From: an uncultured Alphaproteobacteria bacterium
GTDB lineage: Bacteria > Bacteroidota > Ignavibacteria > OLB7
Direction: 5' to 3'
NCBI GenBank assembly: GCA_964455525.1
Contig: CAYVWR010000007.1
Coordinates: 117,169-181,168 of the forward strand
DNA: 64,000 bases
Under the pieces are notes generated by a model that was not told the origin of the DNA, ran no database searches, and saw only the letters and a list, made by a program, of their open reading frames with translations. This document shows, in pieces, positions 48,643 through 58,383 of this stretch; the first letter of the stretch is position 1, and each line of letters starts with the position of its first letter. Both the position numbers and the translations under genes were made by a program.

Positions 48643-49250
48643 ACGCGTTCGGGATGTTATCGCAGGCATGTGCAACAGGATGGCTGAATGCCTGCGTATG
48701 ATGAAGCTTTGTTATGGTTCTCCTTCCGCGATGAGAGCTTGTTCATGGCTATCGCTGCGGCATTCTGAACCAGCACCTCTCCCTGGTAGATCCGTATGGG
48801 GAGCGTTGCGCAGTTGGAGGAAGAACCATCTATGTCTGATGCATATATGCATCGCAAAAGTCGGGCCTGTCAGGGTGTACAGAGCGAGGTGGAGGGGGGC
48901 GGCCGTAAAGCTATGGTGCCGTGCAATGTGATGTGTAGTGGTATTCTGTACGGCATCATGGGAGCCGTGCCGGGGGCCGATGCCCAGGTGGTGCTCCATG
49001 CGGGGCCACCTGATGATAGTGCCCTGTATCAATGCGGTTCCTTTTTCACGATCTGGTATGGGCTGCATCGCCGCTCTGGCCTTCGCTTCCGCGGATCGGA
49101 TTATCTGGGTGGGGGGCCGTACTGCATCGACGGCTGGAAACGTGTTGCCGTTGGCTCGTGTGATGGCTCTGTATGCCAGCCGGCTGTTCCCGCACCGAAA
49201 CTTCGTTCCCTGCCCCCTCTGCATTCGGGGAGGCGCTTTGGCCGGATGGC

Positions 49251-50429
49251 CTAGAATTTTATTCGTGGCGTGATAAAAAGATAGGCGGAATGCTCGAATG
49301 GTTTGCGAGCGCGCAGGGCATCGGCTGCTGCCAGGGTAGCCTCGATCCAGAGTATATGGGTGAGCCGCGCGGAGAATCCCATATGCGGTGCCAGATCGGC
49401 AACGCCCACGCTGAACCGCATATTGCCCTGTGCGCTGATCCAGGTAAGATCGGCGATGGGCGAGAGACGGCGCACCTCGCCATCGGACACCGGTCTCTGC
49501 TCATCGAGCCGTGCGCGAGTGAACTCCTCGTATCCAACGCCCACATCGCCACGGATTGTTCCCAGAAACGTCTCCCATACATCGGCATAGGTTACCTGGC
49601 CGGATAACGTATGGACATAAACGGCATTGCCTGCATGTGGTGCCTGAAATGCCATATCGCCGATTGCGGTGAACCGGACGCGCCCGGTGATCGGGCCGGT
49701 GCGTACCATGGCGGCAGCACCGAAGCCGGGGGCGAGCAGACGGGCGCGAAGCGGGCCGACGCTGGTAGAGCCTCCGGCAAACGGCAGCACGGCCCCGATC
49801 TCCCATGCTGCGGAGGTAAGGCCGATGCGCCAGGTGCCATCGCTCCACCACGGGAGGTTCGACTCCGGTGCACCTGCGGCCACGAACCCACCCAGCGACT
49901 CCGTGAATCGCCAGTCCAGCCGATCGAGCGATACGATCACCCTGCTGCCATCCTCCCAGTTGTCATGCCCGAACGTATCCCATTCGATCACGGTACGTTC
50001 CTCCGATGCTGCATTCCTGCGTGAGAGGAGGAGCGATGCATACAGATCCTCGCCGAGCGCTATGCGTATCGTGGTAGAGGGATAGAGGATGATCTGGCCG
50101 ATGGAGATGGAGATGATCTGTCCCAGCGAATCGCTTGCGCCGAGCCGTGCGCGCAGCCTGTACTGCATCCGAGGTTCGTTGTTCCGCAGATAGCGAAGGC
50201 GGAGGCTATCGGTCTTGACGTAGGTGAAATACCGGTGGAGCGCTGCGGTGGTACGTGCATGCAGTTGCGGATCGGCCAGTTTCCACTCACGTACCTGCGA
50301 CAGTGCCGTGCCCGTGGCACCCAACAGCAGCACAAGCGCTATCATGATAATAGCAGGCAATGGCAGCCAGGAGCCTTGCTGCGCAGTTACCCCATACCGT
50401 TCGTGCAGGATCGGAAGAGATCGGCCCAC
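49251..50429 (-). CDS. Predicted outer-membrane beta-barrel protein B (paralog of the upstream gene)
   Basis: GGAG RBS right at the upstream stop, then GTG 50429; signal-like segment; C-terminus YLFITPRIKF. Confidence 0.65.
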   Translation of the reverse strand: MGRSLPILHERYGVTAQQGSWLPLPAIIMIALVLLLGATGTALSQVREWKLADPQLHARTTAALHRYFTYVKTDSLRLRYLRNNEPRMQYRLRARLGASDSLGQIISISIGQIILYPSTTIRIALGEDLYASLLLSRRNAASEERTVIEWDTFGHDNWEDGSRVIVSLDRLDWRFTESLGGFVAAGAPESNLPWWSDGTWRIGLTSAAWEIGAVLPFAGGSTSVGPLRARLLAPGFGAAAMVRTGPITGRVRFTAIGDMAFQAPHAGNAVYVHTLSGQVTYADVWETFLGTIRGDVGVGYEEFTRARLDEQRPVSDGEVRRLSPIADLTWISAQGNMRFSVGVADLAPHMGFSARLTHILWIEATLAAADALRARKPFEHSAYLFITPRIKF

Positions 50430-50440
50430 GAATGTCTCTC

Positions 50441-51658
50441 CTACCAGATTGAGATGATTGGGGTAATGGAGATCGAATAGGGGGGGAGGTAGGGATCGCG
50501 TGTGCCGAAAACGCCATGGGCGGCGACGGCTGCGCGAACTCCGAGCACAGGCAGTATCTGTTCCTGATAGCTGGCGATGAGGCTCCCTCCGAACAGTTCC
50601 GCGGCACATCGCCGCTGGGTGCTTCCCTCTCTGTCGAGCGTCGCAATCTCGATCCGGGCCATCACCTTCAGGCCGCTCAGCCCCTCGGCAACCGTCCTGT
50701 GCGTGCCGCCATCCTCGGCAACCGGCACCTGCTGTGCCTGATGGTAGCCGATGCCGAGTTTTGCTCTGATCGGCATATTATCCAGCAGGAGAAGCCGTAT
50801 CGGCACGATGCCGTAGGCAAAGGCCGATGTTGCCATATAATACCGTTCCTGCTCGGCTGTTGCCGGCGTGCCGATCTGTTCGGAGATATCGGCGATGGAG
50901 ACGGCTCCGCCGAGCCATTCCTGCTCGAACGAGAGGCCGAACCCATATGCCCCCTCCAGGCCACGGGCAAGCACTACGTTGTCGAGCGAGCCAAGGGCGG
51001 CAGGCACTTCTCCCCAGATTTTCAGCATGCCATATGCGGCTCCGATGCGGATGCGGCCATAGCTGAAGTCGGGAAGGCCGAGTTCTTCATAGCCAAGGCC
51101 CGCCCAGGCATAGGCATCGGACGATATACTGTAGCGGCTTTCATCAAGCCCAAGGCGGATACGCGGGACCCGTTCGCCGCCGAACGTTCTCTGAAAGAGC
51201 AGCGCGGTGGTATCATCCTCGGCATTGCCGATCGCCATGATCGGGGAGACCGATGGATCATAGACGACAACGGATTCGTCGCGCCAGTAATGGTCGCGGC
51301 GAACCAGGCTGGCGATGGTGGCCGTATCGAGAAAATCTCCAAAGCTGGTATCGATCACGATGGTGCCAAGCACAAGGCGGCGCAGTCGTGGGTGGACAAG
51401 GCCGCCGCTCGGCATCATCTCTCCCACCACGGTTACACGCAGCGGATCATCAATCCGTGCGGTGGATTCATTAGGGTCATCGCGGGTAAGCCAGTCGTTG
51501 GCGCGCTCGATAACGCTCTGGGCAAGCTCCTGCTTCAGCCCGCGCCCCTTGTCCTGGATTGTCCAGCTTGCACGATAGATCTCCTGGGCGCTGGCCGTGG
51601 CGCCTGAGGCCATCAATGCGGCAAGGAGAACCAGCGATAGCAGAGATTTAGTTACCAA
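50441..51658 (-). CDS. Predicted outer-membrane beta-barrel protein A
   Basis: Signal peptide MVTKSLLSLVLLAALMASGATASAQ, amphipathic strands and C-terminus YSISITPIISIW; 11-bp overlap with the upstream gene. Confidence 0.7.
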   Translation of the reverse strand: MVTKSLLSLVLLAALMASGATASAQEIYRASWTIQDKGRGLKQELAQSVIERANDWLTRDDPNESTARIDDPLRVTVVGEMMPSGGLVHPRLRRLVLGTIVIDTSFGDFLDTATIASLVRRDHYWRDESVVVYDPSVSPIMAIGNAEDDTTALLFQRTFGGERVPRIRLGLDESRYSISSDAYAWAGLGYEELGLPDFSYGRIRIGAAYGMLKIWGEVPAALGSLDNVVLARGLEGAYGFGLSFEQEWLGGAVSIADISEQIGTPATAEQERYYMATSAFAYGIVPIRLLLLDNMPIRAKLGIGYHQAQQVPVAEDGGTHRTVAEGLSGLKVMARIEIATLDREGSTQRRCAAELFGGSLIASYQEQILPVLGVRAAVAAHGVFGTRDPYLPPYSISITPIISIW

Positions 51659-53216
51659 AGGGATGTATTGAAGAAAATGATATCAACCCCGATTTTCCCG
51701 CGCTGCTTCCCCGCTGATCCAGGGCATAGGCCTTGAACGCAAACTCCTCGCTCGCGCTGCGCCGCCGCAGGCGCCAGTTCTGGGTCATGGTCTTGCTCTT
51801 CTCGTCGTATTTGAAATCAAGCTCCTCGGGATCGAGGACGTTGCCTTCCAGGACAATAAGGCGGGTGCGATTCGGACGCCCCCCCATCATGCCATAACAG
51901 ATCGTTGTCACGGTCACCTCGCCGGAGCCTGCTTGCTCGCGTGGCTTCAGCACGCTTGGCAGCGGCAATGGTTGTACGTCGGTGTATGAGGCCTCTATGA
52001 ACTGGTCGTCGAAATATCGGGTGAAGCGCACCTTGCCCGGCGCTTCCGGCTGGTAGGTAATAACCGAGCGGCGTTCATCCCGGCTGACGATGATTTTGTT
52101 GTTCTCCACCACCTCGACGGCGATGTTCTCGCTTGGCAGACCAGGAGCCGTGAAATCGAGCCGGTAGCTCTGGCCAACAAACATCGACTGGACGATATCC
52201 GGCGATGGAAGTTTTGCCGAGCGAACAACAAATGTAGTAGATACGGGGCGCCCATCCGAATTGCGTGTTGCTGTTACCGTTACCTCGACGCTTCCATCAA
52301 GGGGTGCGGTTCCCATCAGTTCGATAGAAGTGGGGGTGCGCGACATCACCTTGATGCCGGGAGGGTCCACTTTCACATTCAGATCATTGAACGATGCGTA
52401 GCCGGAGAGCGTGATCCTGTTATGCCATGTCTGGCCGCCGGGGACCGGGAGCACAGGGTTGGATGGCTGAATCTCGAATGGCTGCCCAAACCCAAACGGG
52501 GAGAGGAGATCCGAGGGGGTGGCCGGGGGGGGGACCAATGGCCCCAGCGCGGCAATCATGCTGGCGTCGCTCCGATTGCTCGGGGTCTGTAGCAGCGCCA
52601 TCTTGCTGAGCGCGGCCTGATTGTCGATAGCGAAGACATTGACCGTAAACGTGACCGAATCGCTCACGGTGCCACGGCGTTTCATGATCTCGGCGATCTT
52701 GTCGCGGACTGCCGGCTCCAGATCGTCCGGCGGGAGTGGAACCGCCGTTCCCACAACGGTAACGCGGTAGACGGCATTGCGGTCGGTTGGCGATGTGCGC
52801 CACTGGAAGATCGTTGTGCGGTCATCGCGACGCGCCAGCGTAGCATGTGCCTCCGGCGGGAGCGTTGTTCCGGTGAGGCTATCCTGGATGCCAACCACGG
52901 TAAAGCGCACCGAGGAGAAGCGGCCGCGCGCGGTGATCAGGTTCATGCTGTCGCGGCGAAGGCTGGTGCCGGTGGTATCGAGCCGGATGCCTGCGGGGAT
53001 AAAACTGTACAGGAGCGCGGCCTTCTCCGCTCGTACGCGAAAGTCGGGGGCGAGCAGATGCAGGATCGTCTCCTCCAGTTCCGCCTCGTCGTTTCCCTTC
53101 TGCCAGGGGGTTGTGCCGAGCAGAAGGATGATCGCCGAGAGATAGAGGACAAAATAGATCTCGATCGATGCTTTCCGGCGGCGAGGTGCCACCCTCGTCT
53201 GTGCAGGGGTCTTCAT
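51648..53216 (-). CDS. GldM/PorM-like single-TM protein with periplasmic Ig-like domains
   Basis: PRRRKASIEIYFVLYLSAIILLL resembles the GldM N-terminus PRQKMINLMYLVFIAMLA; a long beta-rich periplasmic part includes PLPLP. Confidence 0.6.
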   Translation of the reverse strand: MKTPAQTRVAPRRRKASIEIYFVLYLSAIILLLGTTPWQKGNDEAELEETILHLLAPDFRVRAEKAALLYSFIPAGIRLDTTGTSLRRDSMNLITARGRFSSVRFTVVGIQDSLTGTTLPPEAHATLARRDDRTTIFQWRTSPTDRNAVYRVTVVGTAVPLPPDDLEPAVRDKIAEIMKRRGTVSDSVTFTVNVFAIDNQAALSKMALLQTPSNRSDASMIAALGPLVPPPATPSDLLSPFGFGQPFEIQPSNPVLPVPGGQTWHNRITLSGYASFNDLNVKVDPPGIKVMSRTPTSIELMGTAPLDGSVEVTVTATRNSDGRPVSTTFVVRSAKLPSPDIVQSMFVGQSYRLDFTAPGLPSENIAVEVVENNKIIVSRDERRSVITYQPEAPGKVRFTRYFDDQFIEASYTDVQPLPLPSVLKPREQAGSGEVTVTTICYGMMGGRPNRTRLIVLEGNVLDPEELDFKYDEKSKTMTQNWRLRRRSASEEFAFKAYALDQRGSSAGKSGLISFSSIHPFGN

Positions 53217-54073
53217 CGCCGCGATTCCTTCTGAGCACGTAGGTGAACCGGCACGGCATCCTCGGCAGCATCGTGCCTGTCGCGCCCGACCATACGCTCG
53301 AACTCCCTGCGGACATAAAATTCCAGCTCCTTGCCGAACAGCATGTCGATCCGGCTGTTCATGGATTCGATGGAGGAGACAAGCTGCGACAGCAGCGAAT
53401 TGGTCGTCTCAAGACGCTCGGCATGTGCCTCCAGCAGATTTAATCCCTGAATGGCCGAGACGCGCTGGGCAAGCTCCCGAAGGCCCTCCTCCTGGGCTTT
53501 TGCCGACTGCTCAAGGCGCATGCCGATGCCTGCATAGGAGCTGCCGATATCCTCAAGCTCGCCGAGCACCTCGCGGATCACCTGGCGATCCTCCGATCCG
53601 ACATCCTCCTCCTGATGCCGTGTGTCGTTCTCGGCGACCGGGTGTGCTGGCGCATCATCCTCCGGCGCATAGAACAGCACGGTAAAGAGCATAAGCAGCA
53701 TGAACGCTTCGATGGCGATGCCGATCAGGGCCACGCGCTCGGAGAGAAGGCCGGCAAAACGAAGGCCAAGGAATACTAGGAGGATCACCGCGCCGAAGTA
53801 GACAAGCGCCTGCACATTGTTGTAGTAGTGCCGGACGATGATCTCCTCCATGAAGATCCGGGTGCCCACACGGGTTCCGAGCGGATGCCCGATCTTGTAG
53901 GATGTATCGGTGGCCGTCACCCGAAGCTCGCTGCCGGAGGCAGCCTTCCGCCAGAGTTGCCAGAGCGATGGCAGTACGGCGCTACGCTGCTCCACGATCA
54001 GATCGTGCCAGTATTCCTGGTATGCCGTGCGTCCTGCTGCCGTTGCAAGGTTGGAGATAGTTTTCTGGTTCAT
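53213..54073 (-). CDS. GldL/PorL-like two-TM protein with cytoplasmic helical tail
   Basis: YFGAVILLVFLGLRF...IGIAIEAFMLLMLFTVLFYAP resembles GldL GAAVVIVGALFK...IGLLTEALIFALSAFEP, including the TM2 Glu; ATGA overlap with the next gene. Confidence 0.65.
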   Translation of the reverse strand: MNQKTISNLATAAGRTAYQEYWHDLIVEQRSAVLPSLWQLWRKAASGSELRVTATDTSYKIGHPLGTRVGTRIFMEEIIVRHYYNNVQALVYFGAVILLVFLGLRFAGLLSERVALIGIAIEAFMLLMLFTVLFYAPEDDAPAHPVAENDTRHQEEDVGSEDRQVIREVLGELEDIGSSYAGIGMRLEQSAKAQEEGLRELAQRVSAIQGLNLLEAHAERLETTNSLLSQLVSSIESMNSRIDMLFGKELEFYVRREFERMVGRDRHDAAEDAVPVHLRAQKESRR

Positions 54074-54415
54074 GCAGGCTTGAAAAATAGCATATCGCAA
54101 CTGGGCGGACAATGGCTTGGACGGGTCATCGGACGAAGATAGCGCCTATCAGGGGTACTGCCCGCACCATTGTTGCAACAGTGCTCCGGTCTCTTCGGTG
54201 GATGCCGCAACCTATCCTGATGTGCCCAGATATCAAGACGGTAAACGCGATGAGAACATTGGCACCGGCGCGCACCATCCGGGGGCTGCTGTGTGCGCGG
54301 CCGGTTCAGCCCAGGGCGAGCGCTTGTGCGGGGCCTGCTCCCGGATTCTTGTGGATCGGGCGCGCCTCCCGTACATTGCCCGCGGAATGTCCCGGTACCC
54401 TCTTTCTCACTCAAG

Positions 54416-54859
54416 ATGCCTTATCCTATGATACTCTGCCCAACATGCCTGCACGCCGTTTCGGACGAGCTTGAGCGTTGCCCATTCTGTTCCGAGGAAC
54501 TTGAGGGGGCCGAGGAGACGGAGCTTGATGAGGTGACCCAATGGAAGATCATTCGCACGGTCAGCACCGAGATCGAGGCCCGGCTGATCGCCGGAAGACT
54601 TCGGGCTTATGGGGTTCCCGCGTTTGTTCTTTCGCAGGTCGATAGCACGCGCAATTTCACGGTTGGCGCCCTTGCCATCGCCAAGATATTCATTCCAGAT
54701 ACGAGAATGGCCGAGGCGGATGCTATCCTTTCGGGGCCGCCGGATGATCCGGCATTTTTTTATCCGCAGGAGCATACCGAAACCGAACGCAACGATGAGG
54801 ATGGGGGGGGCGATCGTGGTGAGCATGGCGATATCGACCAACCCTGGCCCCAGCCCTGA
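54416..54859 (+). CDS. Zinc-ribbon plus DUF2007-like protein
   Basis: CPTC..CPFC, followed by EARLIAGRLRAYGVPAFV..KIFIP..EADAIL. Confidence 0.6.
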   Translation: MPYPMILCPTCLHAVSDELERCPFCSEELEGAEETELDEVTQWKIIRTVSTEIEARLIAGRLRAYGVPAFVLSQVDSTRNFTVGALAIAKIFIPDTRMAEADAILSGPPDDPAFFYPQEHTETERNDEDGGGDRGEHGDIDQPWPQP

Positions 54860-55033
54860 TCGCTGCGCTGCCGGTGCCATGCCAGTGTTCTGCGTGCAGA
54901 ACGTTCCTGCCGGGCCTATACAGCCCGGATACCATCAGCCATACGCCCTTGTCCGATAGATGAGCCATATCCACGTTCTGCTGGCTGTGGCCTGCTCTTG
55001 CGCTCATATCATACTTCACTAGCCTGTAGTTCG

Positions 55034-56029
55034 ATGTCTCAAACCCAACCCACCGGCTGGCCGCACGGTCCCACACAATTCGAGCTTCGCCGAGGCAATG
55101 CCACGATGCGTGTAGTGACAGCCATCATCGCCATTCCGATCGTTGCCACGGCCATCTGGCTTGGTGGCTGGTTCTTCTTCATCTTTGTTGCCGCCATAAG
55201 CAGTGGTGCGCTGGTGGAGTTCTACTGGCTTACCGAAAAACGTGGCGCGCTCCCGAATAAGAAGCTCGGCGTGGCGGCAGGGCTTCTTCTCTCGTTTGCA
55301 TTTATGCATGGGGTCTCCGATGAGCTGCTCCTCGGGCTTTTCAATGTGGCGCCGAGTGATATGGCCGTGCTTCTGGCGCGTTATACGCTTGTGATCGGCG
55401 TGATGCTTCTGTTTGCCATCGGCACCATGATCGACCAGATGTTCCGCAGGGAGGGAAGCCCACTGCTCAATAATGTGGCAACCGTTACAGGGGTTGCCTA
55501 TATCTCGCTTTTCCTCTCCACCCTGATCGGGTTGCGGCAGCTTTTTAGCAGCGATCTGCCGTTCGGGCGCTATATCGCTGCCTTGGACCCTGCGCTTGCC
55601 GACCGGGCGAATGCGCTTGGCGGGCTTACGGTGCTCGCCATCATGATAACGATCTGGACCTGCGATTCGGCCGCATATTATGCCGGACGGGCCATGGGCA
55701 GGCATAAGCTCTTCGAGCGGATCTCGCCGAAGAAGACCTGGGAGGGATCAATTGCCGGTGCCATCGGCGCCGTTGCGGCGATGATCGGGATGCAGCAGTG
55801 GTTTCTTCCATATCTGAGCGTGCTCGACGCGGCGGTGCTCGGCAGCATCGTGGGGGTGTTCGGTCAGCTTGGCGATCTTGCCGAATCGCACATCAAGCGC
55901 GATGCCGGTGTGAAGGACTCATCCAACCTGATCCCGGGCCACGGCGGCCTGTTCGATCGGTTCGATAGCCTTCTCTTTGTGGCGCCGCTGGTCTATCTCT
56001 ACCTGAATATCGTGGTGCTGGTACGATAA
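55034..56029 (+). CDS. cdsA: Phosphatidate cytidylyltransferase
   Basis: IWTCDSAAYYAG, ISPKKTWEG, GQLGDLAESHIKRDAGVKDS and PGHGGLFDRFDS. Confidence 0.95.
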   Translation: MSQTQPTGWPHGPTQFELRRGNATMRVVTAIIAIPIVATAIWLGGWFFFIFVAAISSGALVEFYWLTEKRGALPNKKLGVAAGLLLSFAFMHGVSDELLLGLFNVAPSDMAVLLARYTLVIGVMLLFAIGTMIDQMFRREGSPLLNNVATVTGVAYISLFLSTLIGLRQLFSSDLPFGRYIAALDPALADRANALGGLTVLAIMITIWTCDSAAYYAGRAMGRHKLFERISPKKTWEGSIAGAIGAVAAMIGMQQWFLPYLSVLDAAVLGSIVGVFGQLGDLAESHIKRDAGVKDSSNLIPGHGGLFDRFDSLLFVAPLVYLYLNIVVLVR

Positions 56030-56142
56030 CAAGAGGCATCGGAACGATGCTGGCTTGCCGGGGGCTTTGCTCGGCAGGCGGCCACTTGCAGGCATTCGAT
56101 ACCACACAGGCTCCGCTGCGTTGCAGTGAGCCTGTGGATGTT

Positions 56143-56955
56143 TTACTTCTGTTGTTCCTTCGTTCCATCGGCGGCCGGAGGAACGAAGTTGTCGATCTGA
56201 TAGCCCGCCGGGAAGGTGAAGGTTGTATCGGCAACGGTGATGTCGGCACGGATCGAGACCGGCTCGACGAAATATTCAAGGTTGTCGGCGTGGGAGTACA
56301 GGCGCTCGCGGATGACGATGCCACGCCAGATCCAGTTGGTGACGGTCATGCCCTTGACCTTCTTGCGGAGCACCGTGCAATGGTATCCGGCGATGGTTGT
56401 ATCGGGCAGCCGTTCGGCCCCGGACATATGCACCACATAATCGGCGAGCGACATCGTTTTTGATTCCGGCGAGGCCAGATAACGGCTTACCCCCTCGTTT
56501 GTACGCTTCCATCCACGCTGTGTGCGAACGTCGGCATAGGAATTCTCCTCGGGCGTCGCGATGGTGATGATATTGTTGACGGCACCTTTGGCGCCGGGTG
56601 GGTTGGGTGCCATGTTCTCCTCGCGCCGCTCGCGCAGGCCATAGCGATCGAAGATGATCCGCCGCTCGCCGATGCTGCTGCCGGTAAAGCGCTGGAGGAT
56701 CTCCCCCGAGGCGACTCCATAACGGGCTGGCGCCCCATCGGGAGCACGAAGCGGCACGGTGTCGGCCGAGAGGCTGGCAGGGGCCTGGGCCAGAGGGGGG
56801 GGCGGGGCCTGCATGGCGCTATCCACCGATGCAACGACGGATGCAACGGAATCGGCCTCCTGTTTTGCGATGCCTTCCTTTGCATCACCACATCCGGCGC
56901 CAAGGAATGTCAGGACAGCGAGCAGCGCCACGGTGGCGCCGGATATGTTTTTCAT
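56143..56955 (-). CDS. Hypothetical lipoprotein (possibly DUF4412/LolA-like fold)
   Basis: Lipobox LGAGC; TIAGYHCT..WIWRGIVIR..FTFPAGY pattern. Confidence 0.6.
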   Translation of the reverse strand: MKNISGATVALLAVLTFLGAGCGDAKEGIAKQEADSVASVVASVDSAMQAPPPPLAQAPASLSADTVPLRAPDGAPARYGVASGEILQRFTGSSIGERRIIFDRYGLRERREENMAPNPPGAKGAVNNIITIATPEENSYADVRTQRGWKRTNEGVSRYLASPESKTMSLADYVVHMSGAERLPDTTIAGYHCTVLRKKVKGMTVTNWIWRGIVIRERLYSHADNLEYFVEPVSIRADITVADTTFTFPAGYQIDNFVPPAADGTKEQQK

Positions 56956-56992
56956 GGATCTATCGTATGCTGTTGTTGGAGTGCCTGCCATA

Positions 56993-58267
56993 TCAGATGG
57001 TTTCGATCGGATCAATTCGTAGAAGGTGATCGAGCCACATGCCCGATATCTTTTCCAGCAGCGCGTTGGCACGGAGTCGCGAGTTGAGAAACTGAAAGTC
57101 AACCGTGTCGAGATTCTGATCCTGGTTGAAACAACTGAAGATAAATCCCTGCTCCTGGCCGGTCTCCGGGTCCACATGGCGCTGAAGACACTGTGCGCAG
57201 ACCTCCTTCATCATACACTGCATGGGGGAGTTGATGGAGCCGATTGCCACATGCGGTCCCAGATACGGGGCAAGAGCACGGTGGCGCGCTCCCTGAATGG
57301 CTGCCATCATCCGGTCGGAGCCGATGGCGACCAGACGCTGTGCCTGGTTGAGAGGGACCACCGGCTCGGCAAGCTCGTTGTTTGCGTAGGCGATCATCGC
57401 CTCCAGGATATTGCCTCGGAAATATGCATCCTGCGGGCGCCGTGGGGTGATCTCCGCTCCCGTATCGCTGCTCCAGATCACCTGATCGGCGGAGTCCTCC
57501 ACGTCGCTCTGATGGTACAGATCCTCCCCTTTTTTATAGCCGGCGAAGTAAATGACCCTGCAACCGGCAGCGCGCATCGCCTTGCCGATGGAGAAGAGCA
57601 CGGCATTGCCCAGGCCGCCTCCGCAGAGTATCACCTTCTCGTGCTTCGGGATCTCCGTTGGTGTGCCGGTGGGGCCCATCAGCACCACGCGTTCCCCTGG
57701 CTTCAGCATGGCGCACAGGCGTGAGCTTGTCCCCATCTCCAGGACGATGGTGCTGAGCAGGCCGCGCTCGGTATCAACCCAGGCACCGGTCAGTGCCAGC
57801 CCCTCCATAACAAGCCTGGTGCCTGCTGCCACCGGGGCCGTGCTTTCGTAATTCTGCAAGCGGTAGAACTGCCCGGGGCGAAAGCGCTCGGCCGCCATCG
57901 GCGCGTGCAATATCACTTCCACGATTGTCGGGGTAAGCCGTATCACCTCGTGTACCCTGGCGGTAAGCCTGTTCTCAAGCATATCGGTGAAACTGTCCCA
58001 TTCGGCGTCGCGGTCCCTCTGTTGCGATGGATCAAGCCCGGCAAGCTCCTGCTCGAAGAGCCGCACCACATGCGGGTAGCCATCCTTTGCCGATGCCATG
58101 GCTTTTACGACGTTGCCAGCGTAGTTCGGGTGATTATCGCCGTAATAGCTGATGAACTTTCCGTCGCGATTATAGGAGGTAAAGAAACCAACTTCGCCCC
58201 GCTCTGCCTGCCGCAGCAGAACCTCGCCGAGCGAGCCATGCGTATGCCTATTGTGGTTCTGTTCCAT
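56993..58267 (-). CDS. C-terminal moiety of an Fe-S flavoprotein; PyrK/NfnA-like FAD/NAD-binding protein with 2Fe-2S motif
   Basis: FRPGQFYRLQNYE, GPTGTP, GGGLGNA and SINSPMQCMMKEVCAQC; the N-terminus GFFTSY..GDNHPNYAGNVVKAMASAK resembles a GltD/NfnB C-terminal segment. Confidence 0.8.
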   Translation of the reverse strand: MEQNHNRHTHGSLGEVLLRQAERGEVGFFTSYNRDGKFISYYGDNHPNYAGNVVKAMASAKDGYPHVVRLFEQELAGLDPSQQRDRDAEWDSFTDMLENRLTARVHEVIRLTPTIVEVILHAPMAAERFRPGQFYRLQNYESTAPVAAGTRLVMEGLALTGAWVDTERGLLSTIVLEMGTSSRLCAMLKPGERVVLMGPTGTPTEIPKHEKVILCGGGLGNAVLFSIGKAMRAAGCRVIYFAGYKKGEDLYHQSDVEDSADQVIWSSDTGAEITPRRPQDAYFRGNILEAMIAYANNELAEPVVPLNQAQRLVAIGSDRMMAAIQGARHRALAPYLGPHVAIGSINSPMQCMMKEVCAQCLQRHVDPETGQEQGFIFSCFNQDQNLDTVDFQFLNSRLRANALLEKISGMWLDHLLRIDPIETI

Positions 58268-58383
58268 AGAGGGATGCCAGGGGCCGGGGACACCGGCTGC
58301 CGATAATGTTGATGTTCAGTACAAGGGGACGTCTATCGTGCCAGGCGCATAGCCAGAGGTGTATGCCCGGCAGCGTTCGGCGT

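Noticed and set aside
48676-49250. Overlapping 150-170 aa ORFs on both strands
   Set aside because: Atypical composition and no motifs; treated as intergenic.
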